NCBI GenBank assembly: GCA_018303125.1
Contig: JAGVYS010000003.1
Coordinates: 637 to 64,636, forward strand
Source of the DNA: Candidatus Woesearchaeota archaeon
GTDB lineage: Archaea > Nanobdellota > Nanobdellia > Woesearchaeales > WJIZ01
Reading direction: 5' to 3'
DNA: 64,000 nt
The notes under the pieces are model-generated. The model saw only the letters and a list, made by a program, of their open reading frames with translations, did not search any database and was not told where the DNA came from. Of this stretch, positions 19,426 to 27,561 are shown in pieces. The stretch's first letter is position 1. Every line of letters begins with the position of its first letter. A program made the position numbers and the translations under genes.

Positions 19426-20529
19426 TCAGGCAGCAACCTTCCACATTGCCTCGATGTTGGTGATGGAGAATCTGGCGTAGCCGATCGGATCCGCCCCAAA
19501 ATGGTGCAGATCATGTTCGGCGAACACCGTTTCACCATCCCATTGCCGCAAGATTTTGACAGCTTTTGCCAGATCCTCGGTGATCGTTGGTGAACCATCA
19601 CCTACTGCGAGGTCCCAATCCATCAGGACGGGCACATCAGCGGCGTGGACTTCTTTGCCGAGCAGTTGCTCCAGATTGACTGGCAGCATCTGACCTGAGT
19701 TGACATGCACGAACCCATCGAACAGACCTGCCTCATTGGTTCGCCTGGTGCCGTCCTCGACAGTTATGCCAGATGCCAACAGATGAGCCCATTCGTTATT
19801 GAGCCACAGACCCTTCCAGCCAAGCTCCTTGTTAACCTCGTTGCAGAACTTGATTGCCAACGCCAGCGTCGGGATGATATCGAGGACAGGGTCTCCAGGT
19901 TTGAACTCAATGTGCATCTTCCGTTCATGGCCTGTTTCGGTCTTCACCCGGCGCAGGACATTGACGATTCCGTCTCTTAGTTGACCCCACTTCTTCGATT
20001 TTGGAATCAATTCATTGGAAACCATGAGGTCCTTAGGGATGTTTTTGATGGGATTCCCATCTCCTGCCGGCCAGATGATGGTTTTTCCCTCTCCAAGCCC
20101 CTTCTCCTCGAACTCCAGTGCCAATGACACGGCCTCCACATGAAGATCCTCCGCCATCTGCCGACGATTGGCGTCAGGATGGAAGAACGCACCGAGCTCC
20201 GTCCCTGGATAGCCAAATGCAGGCGCAGTGAACGCCAACACTTTCGGGAAACGCCCAGAACGGATTCCCTTGACTAGGTTATCCTTGCCGATCGCGCCGG
20301 GCTTGTCAATGAGCTCGGAATACTGTGGTTGAGATGTTCTGATTTCCAATCCGATATGGAAGCTTGATCTCAGTTCGAGGCCAAGCTCTTCTCCAAGCGA
20401 CTTCACCTCCTTCAGACGGTCACTTACCTTGACGTAACCAGCTTTTGGATCACCTCCGCCGAACTTGAAGTTTGCAGGTCGTGGGTTTACGACCCATGAG
20501 GGCACTGAATGAATGATTTGCTTTGACAT
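19426..20529 (-). CDS. Xylose isomerase-like TIM barrel
   Basis: FH, IIWPAGDG, IEFKPGDP, LNNEWAH, HVN, DWD resemble xylose/rhamnose isomerase motifs; SD AGGAG before ATG 20529. Confidence 0.75.
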   Translation of the reverse strand: MSKQIIHSVPSWVVNPRPANFKFGGGDPKAGYVKVSDRLKEVKSLGEELGLELRSSFHIGLEIRTSQPQYSELIDKPGAIGKDNLVKGIRSGRFPKVLAFTAPAFGYPGTELGAFFHPDANRRQMAEDLHVEAVSLALEFEEKGLGEGKTIIWPAGDGNPIKNIPKDLMVSNELIPKSKKWGQLRDGIVNVLRRVKTETGHERKMHIEFKPGDPVLDIIPTLALAIKFCNEVNKELGWKGLWLNNEWAHLLASGITVEDGTRRTNEAGLFDGFVHVNSGQMLPVNLEQLLGKEVHAADVPVLMDWDLAVGDGSPTITEDLAKAVKILRQWDGETVFAEHDLHHFGADPIGYARFSITNIEAMWKVAA

Positions 20530-20848
20530 TGCTTTATCTCCTAAAGGAGCTCTTTTCCAGCCCTTCATATGTTAAGGCCGTTCTGATCCAGCTCCACATA
20601 AGACCAGAGAGATTTATCGATAACCTCTTTAGAGGGAATGATGCCAAATCCCACAAAGCATCATTTTTTCACAGCAGCTCTCGAGTTGAGGCTGTCTTAG
20701 AAGAACATTCCAATGTTCTTCCGTTGTGCTTACAAGCACACGTCCTCCCACCTTGGTAGATAGGAGGAAGCGTGACTGCAAACGAAACAAAGGTAGCTCT
20801 CCGAACTAACTTTCAAAGAGAAAATCCTTTGTTTTACGTTACCGCCAA

Positions 20849-21847
20849 TCACGTAGCCAGCGGGAACTTCCTGTTGAACTTCCGCATAGCTTTGACGCAA
20901 GTCTCCGATTGCTCACGGGCATTTGGATTGAAGCACAAATCCATTGCTCGCCAGTCATAACCCTCGGGCAGACCAGTGAAGAACTCTTCGGCAGCCGGAA
21001 ACAACTTGTCGAATTTCAGAATGCCTGCGCCGAATTCATCGTGAGTAGAGGTTCCTGGACCATTCGGAGACTCTCGGTGTAGTTCCCCCTTGGTGTCAAT
21101 CCAGTGGACGTGCTTCACAAACGGACCGATTTCACGCATGAACCCAATCTGTTCCTCGCCTTTTGTGTTGGTGTGATCTTTTGCGAAGGTGTCGATTTCG
21201 CCGATCTGTTCTGCACCCATGCAACCTACGGTGTGGCCGTGACAAGTGTCATACAGTGAACCAACATTTTTGACGCCGGCATCTGAGAGGGCCTTGTGAA
21301 ACCTCACCACATCACGTGGTTTATTGATACCAAACATTGGCTCAAACTCAATGACGATTGTGAGGCCTTCGTTTCCGGCAATTTCCCCAAAGCGCTTGAA
21401 TCTTTTGACATAGACCTCAATTGCACCTTCGACACCAATACCTTGCGGGCCATAGATACGGCTCGGAGGATCGATGAAGTCCATGCGCATACGCGGCGTA
21501 TTTAATCCGCCTTTGCCGCACCATTTGGCGTTTTTGATCACTGCGCTCTCGAGACGGTCAGTGTCGCTGAAGAAGCTGAGATCCTGATTCCAGAAATCAC
21601 CGGCGACCCCGCTTATTGTCATGCCGTGTTCTTCCAGCAAGGCCAAGAACAAAGCAATGGATGTAGTGCTTCCGCAGTTATTCGGATCTGGGTGTGGACC
21701 CTTCCCAAAGAGTTCAACCCCGTCGAACCCGAGCCCGTGCTTTTTCCCGAGGAACTTGATTATGGAAACAATGTCCATTTGTTGGGTCTTCAAGAACAAA
21801 AAGGCCCATAGCCCCATAGATATGCGATAGTTAGGCTTTTTAGCCAT
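20849..21847 (-). CDS. Sugar phosphate isomerase/epimerase TIM barrel
   Basis: GFDGVEL, IEFEP, LYDTCH, HVHWID, STH..FGAG, DLC; SD GAGGT. Confidence 0.82.
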   Translation of the reverse strand: MAKKPNYRISMGLWAFLFLKTQQMDIVSIIKFLGKKHGLGFDGVELFGKGPHPDPNNCGSTTSIALFLALLEEHGMTISGVAGDFWNQDLSFFSDTDRLESAVIKNAKWCGKGGLNTPRMRMDFIDPPSRIYGPQGIGVEGAIEVYVKRFKRFGEIAGNEGLTIVIEFEPMFGINKPRDVVRFHKALSDAGVKNVGSLYDTCHGHTVGCMGAEQIGEIDTFAKDHTNTKGEEQIGFMREIGPFVKHVHWIDTKGELHRESPNGPGTSTHDEFGAGILKFDKLFPAAEEFFTGLPEGYDWRAMDLCFNPNAREQSETCVKAMRKFNRKFPLAT

Positions 21848-21920
21848 AGTTTACCTCATTTATTACGTTGTTTTTTTCTTTCCCAGATTTTTAGTTATTA
21901 ACTCATTATGTACTTGAGCC

Positions 21921-23711
21921 TTTCATTGCCCTGACCCAGGAAGTTAAACAGGGCAAGAAATTGAATTTGGAGCCGCCGCCTAAACAGTTAACCCCCAAAG
22001 GTTAATCAATGCACATATGTCAGGGGCGGCTCCAAAGCTGGTGAGGGGCGAGCACAAAACACCTCATTGAACGGGGTGCTTTAGTAACCTATGTGCCCGC
22101 CGCCTCGAAATTAGTGGAGTCACAACCAAGCCTTACTCATAAGTTCCCGTGTATGGTTCAGCCTAGCTATGACCCCAAAAAAGAGTGAGGAGCCGCGTGG
22201 CTTAGCCGCCTTCATCATTCTTCCTTTGGGGAACTGGTAAGAAGAACGAATTCTGCTCTAATGGAGAGCACGGCTCCTCGAAAATGGTGCACCCGGCGAG
22301 GCTCGAACTCGCAACCAGCTCGCTTAAAAGGCGGCTGCTCTTCTAAATTGAGCTACGGGCGCATTAAAAATGGAGGGATGTAGGTCTAATAGACGCACTT
22401 CAAAAGCAATTCGTGCTTGAGCAACGCAATTGCCTTTTTAGCTCGCGGATGAGTACATCCCTCAAAAGGGCAAAGGAAAAACAGGGGAGATACAGGCGAC
22501 AAGTGCCTTCAGAGGAATCTGGGCTCCGACCTCCAGATAACTCCTTCGCTTTACCAGCACAACCCCCAGAAAGCCAAAAAGTGGAACCGTAGTGTGAGGC
22601 TGGTCAAAGAAGCATACTGGGGATATGCTCTTATTCCATTAACACCACGGCTCCACAGAAAGTAAATTGCCGGCCGCAGCTTATTTTCCAAAATAAGCGT
22701 GGATTTTTATGGTGTGGAACCATGAAAGTATCCACTTCTGCGACCGACAAAATGAAGGTAGCCCACCTGTCCACGTTTCTTATCCCCATGTTAAAGATAT
22801 CCTCGTCGGACAGTGGGCTACTAGAAAACAGCTAGCCAATATCCCCCAGTTACGCCGATCTCGGAGACGGCTGCAAAAGTAAAACCCGCATGACTTTTTC
22901 CCTCTCCTTGGTTGCCCCTAGCACCTGTCATGCGGGTTGTGGATTGATGGCAGCCTGGCCAGCCCTTACACCAAACCAAGGATATGGCTTTACCTCGATT
23001 TTTAAGAGCCGGCACAGGCTGCAAATTGACAGTCTGCATGAGTTTGCTGAGCCCTCTTCCTGAGCCTCATGCAGACTGTAGGTAGCCAAGCCATGTCTCC
23101 CTTTTGCATCGCCCATGATATCCTCCTATTTGGAGAAATGGCCGGCTGCCATAAATTCAAATTGTAGCCTAAATGATCCTGCCTCCTTTCCAAAAAGCAG
23201 CATATCACCCTACCATTTAGGCTACGTGGAAGCAACACCACTAGCGCCCGCGCAGAGAACTTCCCTTGCAAGGGCAGTGCTGCCGAATTCTAGAACCTCC
23301 TTAAGAGTTCTGAGACTATTAATACCCGCCCCCTACTGCCACAACAGAATCTAGGGTGTTCCTAGTTGTCTCCTTTACACCCTTTCTGTTTGTGATATGC
23401 ACTGCTGAAAGCAGTACCCATATGACGATTATTATGGTCACAATTTCTTCTCCAAGGGTTGATTCTTGAAGCTATGCCTCCCACCCGTTAAAAAAGCACA
23501 GCCATGAACCTCCAGCTCCTTCCATGAGAAATTTTGGAGAAGTAGGAAATTCATTTGTTCTGAAAGAAAGCTACAGCTACACAAATTGATAGTTTTTGCT
23601 TCCTGAAAAACAGCAACTTGCCATTTTTCGCCCTTTTCCGCTTCTATGCTCTAAAAATCAAGGTTGCGTGGAAACACGTTTCTTTTCGAAAACAACCTTT
23701 TGTTTTTGAGC
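21921..23711 (-). ncRNA. Array of about 18 stem-closed structured RNA modules (unnamed)
   Basis: No credible CDS in ~1.9 kb; consecutive 40-110 nt units mostly closed by 8-15 bp stems with short U-rich spacers; stem mismatches are mostly G-U on the minus strand. Confidence 0.7.
22285..22362 (-). tRNA. tRNA-Lys(UUU), atypical, encoded CCA
   Basis: GCGCCCGTAGCTCAATTTAGAAGAGCAGCCGCCTTTTAAGCGAGCTGGTTGCGAGTTCGAGCCTCGCCGGGTGCACCA; D-loop lacks GG, extra A in anticodon stem. Confidence 0.8.
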
Positions 23712-23828
23712 TAGCGTATCAGAATTCCCATTCCATAAAATTCCCTATATTAAGTGGAATCACAGGATGAAAATCCCGAAGGGTAGGTTATCAAACCATC
23801 AAGGCGATAGCCAAATCAAAAAATAAAT

Positions 23829-25637
23829 TTATGAACATGATATCAAGTCAAGCAGCTTCTTTCCTTTCTCTGTTAGGAAAATTACCTTTCTTATTCCGTT
23901 GCTGCTCTTCTCAGTCTCAACCCCTATTAGCTCCATTACGATGAAGTCATTTCTATATTGGTTGCATTTCCTTATGGAAATATCGCGAAGCTTTGAATAA
24001 AGCTCTGTTGTTGCCATCTTTCCTTTTTTCAGCTTCTTCAGGAAATCAAGGCTTCCGTCATTGTATTCTATGTAATTCTTTATGTTTTCTGTCTTGCGGG
24101 CATCCTCAATCTCCTTTTTCATCCTCTCATCATAGGGCAGGTCGGAGTAATCCTCCAAAGTATGCACTCCTGATGCATTTACAGTTGCTTTCAGCTTTGC
24201 AACCTCTATGCTCAATTTTCTTACCTTTACAGAATCATTGAATATCTTCAGCCTCTTGCCATCCTTCAGCTTTGACTCCATTCTTGCCTTTATGGCCTCA
24301 TCTTCTACATGGACATCCGAACGAGCAAGCGGCACCTTCACAAGGAAAGGCAGGTAATGCCTTTCTGAAAGCCTTACTATTGCCTGCCCGACAGGTATCA
24401 TGGAGAAATACTTGCTGTTTTCCCTTATCTGCATCAGCCTTGATATGGTCTCTACATCATTCGGCAAAATCTGCTGGAAAGCAATTGTTGTTGCGGAATT
24501 TCCGATAACAGTTTCTGATAATTTGGAGATATGCTGGTCAAGGCATATCATGCCTATGCCATATTCCCTTATTTCACGGTAAATCATGTCCGTTACAGAC
24601 TCATTGAGAAAATTTGTCCTGTTCCTTAGGAATATGTTATGCGCCTCATCCACCATTATCGCGCTGCTGAAACCAGAGGAAGATGGAGAGGATTTTTTCA
24701 TCTTGTATATGTAAGCAAGCAGGAATTCGCAGAAAAACTTCTTTTCAGGATTGTTCAGGCTGTGAAGCTCGAACAGCACTCTTTTGGAAAGCAACTCATC
24801 TATGCTTACCTCATACTGGCCACGGTAATTTATCGTTTCACCGAAATGTCCGAAAGTAAGAACATGCGCTATCCTTATGGCAGATGTCACCCATTCTGCC
24901 TCCCTTCCATGCTTAAGCCTCTGCCCCTCTGCCCTGCCCTCAAGCCTGTCCATTATGTTATACCATGTCGGGTAATTATCAGAGCCCTTATACACTCCAA
25001 AGTCACGGAAGGCCTCGTTAAGGACATCAGAAAGCAGCTTATGCACACCATAGCTCGCAAAGAAGCTTTCGGTTATCAAGTCACAAAGCATGTTAAGCCA
25101 TTCTTTTGGGTCAATCCCTTTCGGAGGCCTGTTTATGTTTATCCTGAAAAGATTCGCAATTTTTGAGTTTCCGACGGTAAAGCACAGCATTTCCTCATCC
25201 TCAAGCAAAAGCGGCCTGAAGCTCTTCTTCCAGTCAAAAATCCAGAAATTCTTCCCCTTCTCCATGAACTGCCTCGCTATTACGAAGCCAAGATTGGTTT
25301 TTCCTGAGCCTGACATGCCTGAAATGCATACGTGCCTTATCCATTCTTTCTCCCTGAGCCCGAATGGGTAGAACTCCTTGTCTGCATAAGTAACAGTTCC
25401 AAGTCTGTATTCTCCAGCAACAGCGCTTTTCTCAGGTGGCTCAAGCAGGACTTTTTCAGAAAGAAGGTGAGTATTGAGATGTTTTTCATAAAGAATCTTG
25501 AGGGCATGTTCCATCTCCAGCCTTTCATCATTGCTCTGGGAAAGGGCAAACTTTAGGTAAATCCTGTCTATTTTCTCGCCCAATACAGGACGCAGCCTTC
25601 TGCATATCTCTTCAGCGGTAAGTTCTCTCATATTCAC
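23829..25637 (-). CDS. HerA/DUF87-like P-loop ATPase with probable C-terminal wHTH
   Basis: HVCISGMSGSGKT (Walker A), IFDWK, IMVDEAH (Walker B), REIREYG...DQ. Confidence 0.85.
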   Translation of the reverse strand: MNMRELTAEEICRRLRPVLGEKIDRIYLKFALSQSNDERLEMEHALKILYEKHLNTHLLSEKVLLEPPEKSAVAGEYRLGTVTYADKEFYPFGLREKEWIRHVCISGMSGSGKTNLGFVIARQFMEKGKNFWIFDWKKSFRPLLLEDEEMLCFTVGNSKIANLFRININRPPKGIDPKEWLNMLCDLITESFFASYGVHKLLSDVLNEAFRDFGVYKGSDNYPTWYNIMDRLEGRAEGQRLKHGREAEWVTSAIRIAHVLTFGHFGETINYRGQYEVSIDELLSKRVLFELHSLNNPEKKFFCEFLLAYIYKMKKSSPSSSGFSSAIMVDEAHNIFLRNRTNFLNESVTDMIYREIREYGIGMICLDQHISKLSETVIGNSATTIAFQQILPNDVETISRLMQIRENSKYFSMIPVGQAIVRLSERHYLPFLVKVPLARSDVHVEDEAIKARMESKLKDGKRLKIFNDSVKVRKLSIEVAKLKATVNASGVHTLEDYSDLPYDERMKKEIEDARKTENIKNYIEYNDGSLDFLKKLKKGKMATTELYSKLRDISIRKCNQYRNDFIVMELIGVETEKSSNGIRKVIFLTEKGKKLLDLISCS

Positions 25638-26059
25638 TTAGAAAGTATGTCGCCCAGCAATGAAGCCCTGCTTTCCTTCTCCCTCATTTCCTGGATAATC
25701 TCTCTCATCTCTTTTTTAAGCAGTGCTATGTCCCTGAAGCAATTCAGTTTTTCCTGTACCTTGATCTCCTCTGCGTCTATGAGCTTCTTCCTGAACTCAA
25801 CAATCGCCCTCTGCAATTCCGCTGATGCATAATTATCAGGCGGCATCATGTTGCTTATGGCGTTTTTCATCTTCTCAATGTCAGAAAGCATCTCAGAATG
25901 AAGCTTTTCCCTTACCTTTATCTGCTCACTTATCTCATCAACAGCTTCCCTTAAGGAAGCCATCTTTGTTTCAGATATGCTGTCAAGGAGCATTTCTGCG
26001 GAATTGCCTTTATTCTCAAGCTCATCCAGCATATTTTTGAATAGTTTTGACTCTTCCAA
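25634..26059 (-). CDS. Coiled-coil hypothetical protein
   Basis: 141 aa E/K-rich helical; overlaps ATPase start by 4 nt. Confidence 0.7.
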   Translation of the reverse strand: MEESKLFKNMLDELENKGNSAEMLLDSISETKMASLREAVDEISEQIKVREKLHSEMLSDIEKMKNAISNMMPPDNYASAELQRAIVEFRKKLIDAEEIKVQEKLNCFRDIALLKKEMREIIQEMREKESRASLLGDILSK

Positions 26060-26168
26060 TCTTTCTACCCCAAATTTTTTACTAATAAGTAGTAGAAATT
26101 ATTTAGATTTATAAAGCTTTCGTCGCTAATTGGGAAAGATTTAAAACCTTCATTTCTACATGTTTTTT

Positions 26169-27560
26169 ATGGCAAAACCCGCGATTTTTGACTTCATATC
26201 ACCGCTTGATTACAGGTACTATGGCAGCATACCTGAAATAAAGGATTACCTTTCAGAATCCTCTTTTATTGTATACCTTGGAAAATTTGAGGCCTCGCTT
26301 GCAAAATGCCTGGCAAGAAGGAAGCTCTGCCCTGATTCTGTTGCCGCAGAGATAGAAAAGGCATCCAGAGCAGTATCTGCAGAGGAAGTGTATGAGGAAG
26401 AAGAAAGGATAAGGCATAACATAAGGGCCTTGGCTAACACAATAAGAAAGAAGGTAAGCGATGAAGCAAAGCCATATGTTCATCTTTCTGCAACGAGCCA
26501 TGACGCAATATGCTCTGCCGATGCTGCAAGGTTCAGGGATTTTGCAAATAAGTCACTAATAAAGGTCCTTCTTTCCCTTGAATCAACTCTGATAAAGATA
26601 GCGATGCAGGAAAAAGCTACATTGCAGATAGGCAGGACCCATGGCCAGCATGCAGAGCCTATAACATTCGGCTTTGCTGTTGCGCAGTATGTCTCAAGGC
26701 TTGGAAAAAGGATATTGCTGATACAAAAAACAGCAAATGACCTTAGGGGCAAGCTTGCTGGTGCGGTCGGCGCCTATAATGCGCCTTCCCTGATTATCAA
26801 GGACTCTGAGGCATTTGAGGAAGAAGTTTTGGCTGAGCTTGGAATAAAGCCATCCCCCATATCAACGCAGGTTGTTGAAGCCGAGTACATGGCTGATTTT
26901 GTACATGCGGTGATAAGCTGCTTTGGAGTTCTTGCAAACATTTCAGATGACATGCGCCACCTGCAAAGGTCGGAAATCTCAGAAATAAGGGAGCAGTTCG
27001 GGAATGACCAGGTTGGCAGTTCCACAATGCCACACAAGATGAACCCCATAAATTTTGAGAACGTCAAATCAATGTGGAAGGAGTTCATGCCAAGGATGTC
27101 TACGCTCTACCTTGACCAGATATCCGAGCACCAAAGAGATTTAACAAATTCAGCATCTTCAAGATTTGTGCCTGAGATTCTTGCTGCCCTTTACCTTTCC
27201 GCAGCAAGGCTTGACAAGACTTTGTCAAAAATCGAAGTAAATTCCTCTGCCTTGAAGAAAAACTTTGATTCAGGAAAGGACATGATTACCGCAGAGCCTC
27301 TCTATGTGCTTCTTTCCTCAAAGGGCCATCCTGATGCGCATGAGCACGCAAGAAAATTATCCTTGAAATCAAGGGAAATCAAGGAAAGCATCTATTCTCT
27401 TGCAATGAAGGACAAGGAGCTTGAGCCTTACATGAAAAAGCTAACAAAAGAACAGCTGGAAATATTGAAGAGTCCTGAAAAATATACTGGCATTGCCGAG
27501 AAAAAAACTGTTTCCATATGCGAGGAATGGGAAGAGAAGATTAAGGATATTTCTGTATAG
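26169..27560 (+). CDS. purB: Adenylosuccinate lyase
   Basis: ISPLDYRY, HLSATSHD, GRTHGQHA, GSSTMPHKMNP, HQRDLTNS. Confidence 0.95.
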   Translation: MAKPAIFDFISPLDYRYYGSIPEIKDYLSESSFIVYLGKFEASLAKCLARRKLCPDSVAAEIEKASRAVSAEEVYEEEERIRHNIRALANTIRKKVSDEAKPYVHLSATSHDAICSADAARFRDFANKSLIKVLLSLESTLIKIAMQEKATLQIGRTHGQHAEPITFGFAVAQYVSRLGKRILLIQKTANDLRGKLAGAVGAYNAPSLIIKDSEAFEEEVLAELGIKPSPISTQVVEAEYMADFVHAVISCFGVLANISDDMRHLQRSEISEIREQFGNDQVGSSTMPHKMNPINFENVKSMWKEFMPRMSTLYLDQISEHQRDLTNSASSRFVPEILAALYLSAARLDKTLSKIEVNSSALKKNFDSGKDMITAEPLYVLLSSKGHPDAHEHARKLSLKSREIKESIYSLAMKDKELEPYMKKLTKEQLEILKSPEKYTGIAEKKTVSICEEWEEKIKDISV

Positions 27561-27561
27561 A

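Larger units (their letters stand above)
12845..23825 (-). mobile_element. Putative horizontally acquired island: sugar/glycoside-conversion genes plus large structured non-coding region; no integrase seen
   Basis: Visibly more GC/CpG-rich than flanks, all genes on the minus strand, bacterial-type SDs (GAGGT, AAGGAG), long hairpin-filled spacers, CCA-encoding tRNA. Boundaries approximate. Confidence 0.6.

Noticed and set aside
22821..23354. ORF-track ORFs of 62-89 aa in the RNA array
   Set aside because: Overlapping in several frames, run through perfect inverted repeats, no protein-like pattern. The one with a good SD (start 23116) is kept only as a possibility in the findings.
21921..23711. 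CRISPR or TIGR-like repeat-spacer array
   Set aside because: No constant repeat or period; units share structure rather than sequence; no cas or Nop-domain gene nearby.
21921..23711. RNase P RNA, SRP RNA, tmRNA, rRNA or group I/II intron
   Set aside because: Could not find their conserved motifs by eye, and stems are local modules rather than long-range. An Rfam scan is still needed.
12845..23825. Provirus or IS element
   Set aside because: No capsid, terminase, integrase, transposase or terminal inverted repeats recognised.
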